A stretch of DNA of 64,000 bases from a virus (Duplodnaviria; Caudoviricetes): the IMG/VR virus record IMGVR_UViG_3300017763_003980; one strand, 5' to 3'. Position 1 is the stretch's first letter, and each line of letters opens with the position of its first letter. The notes under the pieces were generated by a model. The model ran no database searches, was not told where the DNA came from, and saw nothing but the letters and a program-made list of their open reading frames with translations. The translations under genes and the position numbers were made by a program. Below are positions 53,622 through 63,202 of the stretch, in pieces.

Positions 53622-53835
53622 GAGAATTTTCGTCGTTATCTTGATTTTGTTGGCGTTTTAATTCTTTTATTCTTCTATCTTGTAGTTCGAGTTTGTATAT
53701 GTCAAGTACATTTGCGATCTGTACTTGAACTTGAGGATTTCTAGTGAGAAAATATTTACGTTGTAAATCAGCTATTTTATCTTCTAACTCTTGTAGCGTA
53801 AAATGATCTAAGCTATCTATTAGAGGATTTATCAT
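53596..53835 (-). CDS. hypothetical coiled-coil protein
   Basis: 79-aa ORF. Confidence 0.65.
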   Translation of the reverse strand: MINPLIDSLDHFTLQELEDKIADLQRKYFLTRNPQVQVQIANVLDIYKLELQDRRIKELKRQQNQDNDENSLDNLINIS

Positions 53836-53838
53836 TTT

Positions 53839-54423
53839 TTAAGTATATTGGCCCAAGTATTGTGCAAACACTGTAACACCGGTATTGTATGTCCAAAATT
53901 TCACAACAACTGGATTTTCAGAACTATCTATAGTCAATGTAGGCGTACCTGCTTGCCTAGGATAGTTTGTATCATACTTAATTGGACCAGCTGTATTAGT
54001 AAAGAAACAAGTTTTTGCAGTATCATTGCCTAAGAAGTGAGCAGTCATTTCAGCATACCCTTGCGTATCGGGCCAATCTGCAAGAGCAAAAGAAATGCTT
54101 GCTGTACCTACTGGTAAATTTACATTCATAGTTTGATAATGTCCATTTAAAAAACTAATGTTTTGTCCTGTAAGGACTGTTCCTACATTATGGTATTGAT
54201 GTGTTGTCAATTGCATATTTGCAGCACTAATATTTGTACCATTAAAATTGTTAGATGCATTTAGTTTTGCAGTGGTACTCTGTAATGTTGATATTTCTGA
54301 ACCTGCTGTAGATAATCCTGTTTTGATTATTGAAAAATTATCACGAAATCCTTGTGTGTCGTTATCAACGCCTGCAACAGGATATGTTGCATCAATTGTA
54401 TCACTTATAATATTACTGGCCAT
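53839..54423 (-). CDS. putative virion structural protein
   Basis: YPVAGVDNDTQGFRDNF then coiled coil; late promoter ATAAATA at 54443-54449. Confidence 0.65.
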   Translation of the reverse strand: MASNIISDTIDATYPVAGVDNDTQGFRDNFSIIKTGLSTAGSEISTLQSTTAKLNASNNFNGTNISAANMQLTTHQYHNVGTVLTGQNISFLNGHYQTMNVNLPVGTASISFALADWPDTQGYAEMTAHFLGNDTAKTCFFTNTAGPIKYDTNYPRQAGTPTLTIDSSENPVVVKFWTYNTGVTVFAQYLGQYT

Positions 54424-54454
54424 TTTATTTCCTCTACTGTATTATTTATCGCTA

Positions 54455-57400
54455 CTAGACATTATATTGATAATTTGCGAACAAAATATAAGTCTCATTT
54501 TCAGTGTCTTGCGTATTCTTTACTATATATCTGTCAATGTCAAAACTAATAGATTTGGGGTCAAAGCCACTTGCTGTAATATTTCTCATAATATCATCTG
54601 CTTGCCCTGGTTTACAATAACAAATTGGTATTGCTGTAACATAATCTAATTCTTGAAGTCCTTGTTGAGGTGTTCGCATCCATAAAGGCAAATAATCTCT
54701 ATCGCTAGCACCAATGACACTAATATTATCACGCATATTATCTATATTTGATATATATCTCTTATTATCTAGTCCTTGACTAATTTTGACTGCGTCACTA
54801 TCAATAGTAATAGGATTAGTTTTTGGTCTTAATCTTAATGGTTCTGAATCTGTAAGCTCTAATGTAACTATAGTTGTACCACCATCTTTAAGTGTAACTT
54901 CAAAATCATTATTATCTGTACTAACAAATTGATTTTCACTACTATCGCTACTATCTCTAGTTTGTACTATTAATGTATCTTCTAATTCTTCAAATATAAA
55001 TTTAGTAACGCTCCGTGTGTATACTGGTACTGCGTTATAACCTGATCTAAATCTTCCTTCATCGTCTTTAGGACTATATGCTATACTGTCTACTGTAATT
55101 TCATTCTTTGTAATAATCTCAAAGTTTGATTTAGTTTTTCCTTTTTTAGCATTGGCAGGATCAATAACTTCTATATAAATTACTTCGTAAATATCTTTTG
55201 CTGTTGAACCTATTCCTGTTGTAGCCTTAGCTGTTTTAAAATCTCCTAGTATATAATTCTTTCTTTTATGATTTTTAGCAGATGCTGCAACAAAATTTTC
55301 TATGTTCTTTGCTTCAATACCGGCATATACCAGCATTTCTAATTGTGTTTTAGTACCATATGTAGGATCTTCTGCACGATACATTTTATCAGGTTCAAAA
55401 ATTGTTATGTCTGATATAAAGTTCGCATATGATGTTCTCTGGTCGTCTTTTAACAACGGACGCATATAGATATCAGTATATTTCTTTGTATCAGGATCTG
55501 CTACAGTTAGTGTAAACTCATTTTCTATTTCAGTATATTGGAATCTATCCTTTGCAGCAACTGTAAATTTATAAGTTCTATCAAAAGTTGTGTCTCCTGG
55601 CAAAACACCGTCCCATGATACGTTTTTGTTTTCAAAAATTGTCAACCCTGGACCAGACGGAGTTTGGAATTGTCTTGCTTTACCTATCAATTCTCCATCA
55701 AGTTCCAATGAAAGCCCAAACGGCAATTTGCCTGCCTTAACATAATATACCATTTTAGAATCAGGAACGGTTGTTTCAGCTTCAATATTTAAATTAGTAA
55801 TTTTATTAGCTTGTATAGTTCCTAAGTTTGAATTTGTTATCCATTTAATAGAGCTATCTATTTCTCCTATCATCCTGATAGTAAATGTTTTCTTAGTGCT
55901 TGGAATATCTTTTGAATTTGCAACAATAATATTTTCAGAAAATCCGTTTCCTTTAAACAAACCTATACCATAGTTGTTACCTTGGGTAAGTTGCGTTGTA
56001 AGATTAACATCGAATCCTAATCTATCTTCGTTATCTCTTAGCAAGTTTACCTTTAATTGTGTACTATCATCTGTTGCAAAATGTGATTTAATATTGCTTA
56101 AAATTCTACTTGTAGCTGTGCTTGGTATATGAATTCTCCAACGTGTAGCTTCATCATTCATAACTTGTACGTGTGCAGGGCCTTTATACGTATTTTCTAA
56201 CACTTGTTTAGTTGCTAATACTCTATCTGCAAGAGTCATACCAGCTACAGTTTCTGCAATTTCAGTCCATTTACTTGCTTCAAATGTAATTTGTGCTATG
56301 TTATTTACAGTGGTTCCTGATGCTTGTATAGTATGGGCTGTTACGCATTTGTAAATTTTTCCATCTCCACCGGTTGATGCAGTGTTTATAACCATATCTC
56401 CTATAAAGAAGTTCTCACCAATTTCGATGTTACGTGGAATGCCTACTGGGTATATTTCATCATTAGCTGGGGATTGTTGCACAATTTCATATTCAATATA
56501 AGGAACTATGCTTGTAATTTTATATGCTTCTGTTTCGGAAAATTTTAATATTCTATTAGCATATGAATCTTTTTGGGATTCGTTTAGCCTATTTACATAT
56601 GCAAACGACTGTCCTACTATAGCGGTCCTACTAGGTATCAAGTTTATACTAGGTGCAATTGTTTGATCAACAAAGATAATATCGTAATCTGGATTGTTAT
56701 CATCAACGTTTGTAACTCTTACTAACTGGTTACCTAATAAAATATCTCTACCATTTAATTCAAATAAATCATTTACACCATCAAGTGCTCCAGTAAGATC
56801 AATTTTATTAATTTTAAAACTACTTTTGCCCATTAATGTGTCTTCAAAATAATTGGCTACAATGTCAACGCTTTCTAAGTCTGTTGTCATTCTTGTTGCT
56901 TTAACAGTAAACTTATAATCTTTGGTAATTTCCTGTTGACCTGGAACAGCTCCGACTAGCTCTCCTAGTCTTGAATCAAGTTTAAGTCCGGGAGGCAATA
57001 TACTTTTTGTATTGTCATCATTTACGTCTTCAAGTGTAAAAAGCATTACTCCTTCTAAGGTAGGATTATCTACTACGTCTAAATATATAGTTTGATAATT
57101 TCCTGCTCTTCTTATCCCAAGATTACCAGGAGTAATCCAATTAGGTTGTCTAACATTTGTGTTATCTGCTTTGAATACTCCACTGCTTGCAGTTAATTGT
57201 GTATTATCAGCTTTTAGATAATCGTCACCTACTACATAAATTTGGAATTCTCTTTTTACAAACGATTCACCGTCAGTAACTGTAACTCTAAAAGGATAAT
57301 ATCTATTTAATTTTCTTGGATTTGACGTAGGTTCATTATAATCATATGTGTTTGTATCATAGAAGAAGCTAGAAAATCCATTTGAGCTTACAGTGCCGTA

Positions 57401-59869
57401 ATCTAATGGTAACGTCCCATACCCATAATCATCCTGATCATATCCTCCGCCTTCAAATCGTTTATCTAAAGATAAAAGAGGATCAGTAATACCTGTTAGA
57501 AGTCCGCTTTCCGACATAGTTATTCCAGGAGGCAAAGATCCATCGCCGTCTGCAATAAAGAAACTTAACTCATCTCCTGCTGGTAAATCTGTATCAGTTG
57601 CAGACAATTGAAAGTTTATTCTTGCACTATCTAATATATAATATGTATTGTTAGGACCTACTGCTAGATCACCCTCTGGTGTATTCCATACAGGATCATC
57701 AGGACCTGTTACTGCAAATTCAATAGTTCTATCTTCCCATAGTCCATTAAACATTGCTCTTATTGTTGCAGAAAATACTTTGTCATATGCTACTTCATAA
57801 ACTGTGCCTACTACACTTGTACCTTCTATTCTAGTACCATTTGGTAAACTACCGCTTATTACTTCTAAACTAGGAGTCACGCCGTTAGCTAATGGCATTT
57901 TAATATCAACAACACTACGTTCGATTAAGTTTGAAATTTTTGTACCTGTAGGCACATTCCATAATGCACTTTGAATTAATGCAGCATCTAATGTTACTTG
58001 ATCTACATCTTGTATAAGTAATCTACGCTGTTTTGTTTCACTACCAAAGATATAAGGATAAGCAGGTTTGGATGAAGATATTCCTACATCAACTGTTGCT
58101 TCCTCAAAGGTTAAAAAGTAAGCATATGTGCCTTCTGGAAAATCTGGAGTTACGGTATATCTACCATTGTATCTATCAAGAGTTCCATGACCATCTTTGA
58201 ACTCAAAATCTTGTATAAATGAACCTGCATCAAGTGTAATAGTACCTAAGTTCGGAATTTCAACAGTTTTGTCATATCTACAATCTCTAGGACGATGGTT
58301 ATCATTAGGAAATACTTTGTAACTCGATGTCATTTGTATTACAGGAGTATTAATATCTGTACCAAGAGTATATCCGTAAGGGCCATAAATTGGATAACCA
58401 TCAAAACAATATCCTACAATCTTACTATGCCCATCAGCATGTCTAAACCTATCACTATTAAAGTTTGTTAGATTATAATATGAATTAGTACCGTATAACT
58501 TAGCCGTGTCCCATGCATTATATAAAAACGAACCGTTGCGATAATGGTAACTGCCATCTCTTTCAGGATGCCCGCCGGCTTGGTCTGTACCGTATACTTG
58601 TCCTAAGTGTGATACGTTGTAATTGAATCCAATAGGAGGAAATTCATTAGTATTTGGTAAAGAATGATCTCCTGCACTTGGACCAGTTGCTAGTACGCCG
58701 TTTGCAAAAATTCCCATGCCTCCTAATTCTGTAGGTTGTGGGCTTGCAGTATTTTCGCCTGCTCTATTTTTAAATTTAAAGTTATATGTTTGATCTTTTA
58801 TAACAAATGAATTAACTCCAAATCCCCTGTTTACTGTATTAGTAAATTCCTGTCCTGCTAGTGCAGGAAAAGGATCACCATCACTAGTAGCTGTTACCAA
58901 TTGCCCATCAAATGTAAACTTTGTAGCACTAGGATAAGTTCCGCTTGTATCTAAAATATCTAGTTTATTAGGATGCCATTTTGTTGTAGGAATTATACTA
59001 GGTTGATCAGGTTGATTAGCATGAATAAATGTAAAGTTATTATTTACAAGAGTTTTAACTGAGTCAGTTACAGTATGCCCCTCAGGATACTTATAGTGTA
59101 AGACATCACCATGTGGAGTATCATATGTATACTTAAATGTTCCTCCAATATCAGACGCTCCTACATTATCTGCTATCTGTGTTGGTAAAATATAACCTTG
59201 ACCTTTTGCTATAGCAAACGCATTTGCTTGTGCTGATAAGAATGTATAACCGAAACTATGAAATCCACCATTATATGGAATAGTAGAATCGTTTACTCCG
59301 TGAAACGTTATAACCTTTCTTGGTCTAAATGGTATTTTAATAGTAGGGTAGTTGCTGTTATTAATTCCTGTGCTGCTTTCTATAGACGGAATATAAAAAT
59401 TATCATCTCTATATGCAAAAGATCCCATTTGGCTTGCAATAGCAACAATTTGATCTACACCTTGTTCGTCTAATTGAACATAAGCTCGTTGAGCTAAAGC
59501 TGCGCCGTTACTAAATCCTAATATTCTTATTTTTTGCCCGTCAACATTATTATAAGATTTAAGTTTAGTACATAAATCTTGTAACATAGATACATCAGGC
59601 GCTTTGCTTGCTTCTGTGGCTATATTCCAACTATTTTGATAACCTGTTGGAGCTATTAAAATATGATCCGGAAGTATTGAATTCCATTCATTAAGAATGC
59701 TTTCACCATTACTGCCTAATCCGTGTAGTAAGATAGCTACAGGAATTCTTTTATTATCCAAAGAATTTATATTTGGTACTCTAACTGCTATTGGATACGT
59801 AAATCCGTTAGGTTGCTGGAACCATGATTTTGTTATGGTAATATTAGTACTGGTTAGTAGTTTGGCCAT
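54455..59869 (-). CDS. large baseplate wedge-type protein with N-terminal alpha/beta-hydrolase, YHYH and Ig-like repeats
   Basis: GFSNG elbow, HGVND, EGH; GSYHY and GYCFDGYPIYGP; repeated SLPxG...GxLxG Ig-like units; late promoter ATAAATA at 59888-59894. Confidence 0.7.
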   Translation of the reverse strand: MAKLLTSTNITITKSWFQQPNGFTYPIAVRVPNINSLDNKRIPVAILLHGLGSNGESILNEWNSILPDHILIAPTGYQNSWNIATEASKAPDVSMLQDLCTKLKSYNNVDGQKIRILGFSNGAALAQRAYVQLDEQGVDQIVAIASQMGSFAYRDDNFYIPSIESSTGINNSNYPTIKIPFRPRKVITFHGVNDSTIPYNGGFHSFGYTFLSAQANAFAIAKGQGYILPTQIADNVGASDIGGTFKYTYDTPHGDVLHYKYPEGHTVTDSVKTLVNNNFTFIHANQPDQPSIIPTTKWHPNKLDILDTSGTYPSATKFTFDGQLVTATSDGDPFPALAGQEFTNTVNRGFGVNSFVIKDQTYNFKFKNRAGENTASPQPTELGGMGIFANGVLATGPSAGDHSLPNTNEFPPIGFNYNVSHLGQVYGTDQAGGHPERDGSYHYRNGSFLYNAWDTAKLYGTNSYYNLTNFNSDRFRHADGHSKIVGYCFDGYPIYGPYGYTLGTDINTPVIQMTSSYKVFPNDNHRPRDCRYDKTVEIPNLGTITLDAGSFIQDFEFKDGHGTLDRYNGRYTVTPDFPEGTYAYFLTFEEATVDVGISSSKPAYPYIFGSETKQRRLLIQDVDQVTLDAALIQSALWNVPTGTKISNLIERSVVDIKMPLANGVTPSLEVISGSLPNGTRIEGTSVVGTVYEVAYDKVFSATIRAMFNGLWEDRTIEFAVTGPDDPVWNTPEGDLAVGPNNTYYILDSARINFQLSATDTDLPAGDELSFFIADGDGSLPPGITMSESGLLTGITDPLLSLDKRFEGGGYDQDDYGYGTLPLDYGTVSSNGFSSFFYDTNTYDYNEPTSNPRKLNRYYPFRVTVTDGESFVKREFQIYVVGDDYLKADNTQLTASSGVFKADNTNVRQPNWITPGNLGIRRAGNYQTIYLDVVDNPTLEGVMLFTLEDVNDDNTKSILPPGLKLDSRLGELVGAVPGQQEITKDYKFTVKATRMTTDLESVDIVANYFEDTLMGKSSFKINKIDLTGALDGVNDLFELNGRDILLGNQLVRVTNVDDNNPDYDIIFVDQTIAPSINLIPSRTAIVGQSFAYVNRLNESQKDSYANRILKFSETEAYKITSIVPYIEYEIVQQSPANDEIYPVGIPRNIEIGENFFIGDMVINTASTGGDGKIYKCVTAHTIQASGTTVNNIAQITFEASKWTEIAETVAGMTLADRVLATKQVLENTYKGPAHVQVMNDEATRWRIHIPSTATSRILSNIKSHFATDDSTQLKVNLLRDNEDRLGFDVNLTTQLTQGNNYGIGLFKGNGFSENIIVANSKDIPSTKKTFTIRMIGEIDSSIKWITNSNLGTIQANKITNLNIEAETTVPDSKMVYYVKAGKLPFGLSLELDGELIGKARQFQTPSGPGLTIFENKNVSWDGVLPGDTTFDRTYKFTVAAKDRFQYTEIENEFTLTVADPDTKKYTDIYMRPLLKDDQRTSYANFISDITIFEPDKMYRAEDPTYGTKTQLEMLVYAGIEAKNIENFVAASAKNHKRKNYILGDFKTAKATTGIGSTAKDIYEVIYIEVIDPANAKKGKTKSNFEIITKNEITVDSIAYSPKDDEGRFRSGYNAVPVYTRSVTKFIFEELEDTLIVQTRDSSDSSENQFVSTDNNDFEVTLKDGGTTIVTLELTDSEPLRLRPKTNPITIDSDAVKISQGLDNKRYISNIDNMRDNISVIGASDRDYLPLWMRTPQQGLQELDYVTAIPICYCKPGQADDIMRNITASGFDPKSISFDIDRYIVKNTQDTENETYILFANYQYNV

Positions 59870-59904
59870 ATTTAATTCCTTACGAAGTATTTATCGGAAT
59901 TATT

Positions 59905-60702
59905 TTATACAGCAATAGCGCCAAAGTCTACAATCGTGTTTGTTGGTGAAGTTATAGTACCCATATCTTGATCAGTTTCATTTACTATAAAATCAATCAT
60001 GTTATTAACTGTTGCGTTAATACCACCAAAGTCCATATTTTCAAAATGATTAACAAGTACAGCTGGGTCTTTACCATTTATTAATCCAGTTACATTACCT
60101 GTTAAATTACCTGTAAATCCTGTTGATGTAATAGCACCAGCATTTGCAATATTAAATCCGCCTGCGTCTAAGTTACCGCCTAGTACAGGAGTTGTATCAT
60201 CTGATAATTCAGATGGATCTGATTTGTTTGCAAGCTCTACCCAAACACCGCCGTGACTATAATATGCTCCGCCGGCACTATGAACATGCACAAACATTCC
60301 GTGATACGTACTTGCACTAGGCAAGTCTGCTAACGTAGCATACACATTATTATATTTTATCCTAGCATCAGCAAAGTCATATTCTTTTGTAACGTAATTA
60401 TCGCCTGTTACGGCAGTCTGTGTAAGGTCATAAACTTTATCGTTAGCAATAGTAATGTTGTCGTCTGTGGCAGTAAGTGTAAGGCCTGCGCCTCCTATTA
60501 TTTTCTTAAACTTTAAATCGTAATTAACTTTTTCTTTAAACAATCCTTCGCCAGTAGCACCAAGATTACTTACCGTAGTTTGCTCATCATCACGTAGATC
60601 TAATTCATTAAAGTTAGCATTTACTTTTACAAATGCTTCTCGCAAATCATCACCAGTTCCGTCATTTGCTGTATTACCTAAATTTACTAGTTGTATTGCC
60701 AT
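59905..60702 (-). CDS. baseplate/tail-fibre connector-like protein (gp9/gp10-type N-terminus)
   Basis: NLGNTANDGTGDDLREAFVKVNANFNEL; late promoter ATAAATA at 60722-60728. Confidence 0.75.
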   Translation of the reverse strand: MAIQLVNLGNTANDGTGDDLREAFVKVNANFNELDLRDDEQTTVSNLGATGEGLFKEKVNYDLKFKKIIGGAGLTLTATDDNITIANDKVYDLTQTAVTGDNYVTKEYDFADARIKYNNVYATLADLPSASTYHGMFVHVHSAGGAYYSHGGVWVELANKSDPSELSDDTTPVLGGNLDAGGFNIANAGAITSTGFTGNLTGNVTGLINGKDPAVLVNHFENMDFGGINATVNNMIDFIVNETDQDMGTITSPTNTIVDFGAIAV

Positions 60703-60724
60703 CGATTTTTCCTTGTTATACTAT

Positions 60725-63190
60725 TTATGTTGATATGCCTGCTGGAACACTAGTAGTAAAAGTATTTGGATTAGCAAAAGGAGTATATATAATCCTATTT
60801 GTATTTGCGTTCGGAGCATATCCTGATGCAGCACTTGCTGTATGTATAGCAGTTAGTATAGTTTGAGAAGGTTTAACAAGAACCTTCTTGCCATAATCGT
60901 TATATAATGCATATCCTAAAGAGTTATTAGTTTGTATTCCTGCTTGTGTCCTGCTATTGTCGTTCCATTCAGGACTTAGAGATCCGCCATCTACAAAAAC
61001 ACTAAAGTATTCCCACATTCCTAATGTTAGCAAATAATAATATTCACGCATTATCAAAGCTCTAACATCAGCATCAGTTCCTGGCCATGTTCCATAACCG
61101 CTTGGATCAAATACATTATTAGTAATAGCTTGAGCACAGGCATCATACAAGGCACTGGTTTGATTGTTTTGTGCAAATTGTGTAGGATATGCAGATGGCA
61201 ATCCATATACAGTAAGTGTGTGTAGTGCATGTTCCATAATTTCTATAATTTGATTGTTTGCACTATATGATCCACCGGTATCATCATATTCCCAAATAAA
61301 ATCTACATTCTGAAACGTGTTCCTAATAATATCTAATCCAGGATAGTAATCATTTGAATCGTCTGCTAGTATACTAGGACTGTAACTTCCTCCTGAAGTA
61401 TGACCAATAAATTGTCCTACATTATATTGCTTCATTCCTGCTATAGCTGCAGCTTGTGCAGTAGCATCAATATCTGCTCCTGTAGGATCTAACATTAATT
61501 CATAGTGTCTTGCAACTTTTTGTATAAATGAATCTGATACTGCTGTTGCTCCGCCTTTTGCTCCCCAAGCTAAAAGTCTTACTCCACGCACATCTAAATG
61601 TTTTGATAAAGGAGACATTTCTGTACTTGTTATAACTGCTTTAGATTGATAATCTGTCGTACCGGCACAGTTGATACTATCGTAGTCATCCCAATTATCC
61701 TTTGTACCTTGATACATCATATTCTTTGTTGCGTTATTGTGTGTCCATTCTTTTAGTCCTGCTGGAGTCATTCCTGGACTAGATTCTAGTACTGTTGCAA
61801 GCATTCCACACACATTAGGAGATGCCATGCTAGTACCAGATACCTTCATTAACCATTGACTACCGTTTAATGGACTAGCAACCCTAGTATATCCATCTTC
61901 TGACACCATATCATTTGTACCACTGCTATCGTCTGAACTTGCTCCTATAATATTATTTCCCGGAGCATAGATGTCTACGCCAGGCCCACAGTTACTAAAT
62001 TCACTTTTATGTTCTTTACCGCCTTGGTATGTAATATCTAAAGAACCAACCATAAATGCTTCTGTATCGTATGGACTACCTCCTCTATGATAATAGTAAG
62101 TTACTCCGTTTATAACTACACGGTTATCCCAGTCTTGATCACCTTCACTTGCAGTGTAGTAATAACTATTTCCGGAAGCAATACACACATGAATGCCTGC
62201 GTCTATAAGTTCCTGAATATCAGTATCAACTGATGAAATTCTTAAAGGTATTTTTCTGTTTGTGCCACTACTAAAAATCTTTTCTATTATTCCAGCATTA
62301 TCTCTAAGATTTGCATCAGATGCAAATCCACTATCACCATAGTTCCAAGTGCCTCCTCTATAGGTTCCACTTGATGGTGTATTTGATAGGTTAGAATTAT
62401 ATCCCCAACTCATGTTTACAATAGTAGGACGTTTTAATCCTGTTGCAGGGTCTACAGGTTTATTATTGTGCCAACCTTTTATTACATCAAAACAGTTAGA
62501 TACAGAAATACCTGTACTACTATCGCCTGTACCTTCTAGTCCTGAAACTTTTATTGAGTAAATGTGTGCATCTTTTGCCCAGCCCATTGTACGGCCTGCT
62601 ACTGTACTTGTAACATGTGTGCCGTGCCCATCATAGTCTCGATAATGATTTGCATTTTGAGAGCCTGCTACGCCACTAGCTGAATACCAATCAATTGGTT
62701 TTATCCTGCTCACACCGTTAGCATCAGTAAACTCAACATGTCCTGTATCAATTCCTGAATCTTGTATTACTACATCTACACCTTTTCCTGTTAGATTGTA
62801 GTTAAATGGTCTAGTCGAACTTGTCACTCCGCTACCCCAAACATCTTCTTTTGTAGTTGCTCGTAGCATACCCCAATTTAAATCACTGCCTGTTACAGCT
62901 GAAGTTTTACGCCAAGTACCGGTTTGTACTGCTTGAGTACCAATTTGTACATCGTCTCGATTTTCTGGTGGTTCTTGTATATCTAGCACACGTTCGTCTT
63001 TAAGAAGCTCAGTAACTTCTGCTTCTTCTAAAATATAGTGTGTGTTGCGTTGTGATAATGGTCTAGCGTTAGCTACTTCAACCATTCTATTTGTTATTAA
63101 ACCACGCCCAATGCCTGCTTGCATTTCATCGTCAAATTCAGCATAGTCTACACCACGCTTGAGACTAATAATATATTCTTTTTCAGCCAT
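60725..63190 (-). CDS. subtilisin-like S8 serine protease with an extra C-terminal domain
   Basis: VVIQDSG (Asp), GHGTHV (His), ASGN (oxyanion Asn), SGTSMASP (Ser). Confidence 0.9.
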   Translation of the reverse strand: MAEKEYIISLKRGVDYAEFDDEMQAGIGRGLITNRMVEVANARPLSQRNTHYILEEAEVTELLKDERVLDIQEPPENRDDVQIGTQAVQTGTWRKTSAVTGSDLNWGMLRATTKEDVWGSGVTSSTRPFNYNLTGKGVDVVIQDSGIDTGHVEFTDANGVSRIKPIDWYSASGVAGSQNANHYRDYDGHGTHVTSTVAGRTMGWAKDAHIYSIKVSGLEGTGDSSTGISVSNCFDVIKGWHNNKPVDPATGLKRPTIVNMSWGYNSNLSNTPSSGTYRGGTWNYGDSGFASDANLRDNAGIIEKIFSSGTNRKIPLRISSVDTDIQELIDAGIHVCIASGNSYYYTASEGDQDWDNRVVINGVTYYYHRGGSPYDTEAFMVGSLDITYQGGKEHKSEFSNCGPGVDIYAPGNNIIGASSDDSSGTNDMVSEDGYTRVASPLNGSQWLMKVSGTSMASPNVCGMLATVLESSPGMTPAGLKEWTHNNATKNMMYQGTKDNWDDYDSINCAGTTDYQSKAVITSTEMSPLSKHLDVRGVRLLAWGAKGGATAVSDSFIQKVARHYELMLDPTGADIDATAQAAAIAGMKQYNVGQFIGHTSGGSYSPSILADDSNDYYPGLDIIRNTFQNVDFIWEYDDTGGSYSANNQIIEIMEHALHTLTVYGLPSAYPTQFAQNNQTSALYDACAQAITNNVFDPSGYGTWPGTDADVRALIMREYYYLLTLGMWEYFSVFVDGGSLSPEWNDNSRTQAGIQTNNSLGYALYNDYGKKVLVKPSQTILTAIHTASAASGYAPNANTNRIIYTPFANPNTFTTSVPAGIST

Positions 63191-63202
63191 GTGCTACTAA
63201 TC

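Noticed and set aside
60900-61400. HExxH zinc-protease motif in the subtilase C-terminal domain
   Set aside because: The sequence is EHALH, not HExxH, so no metalloprotease is called
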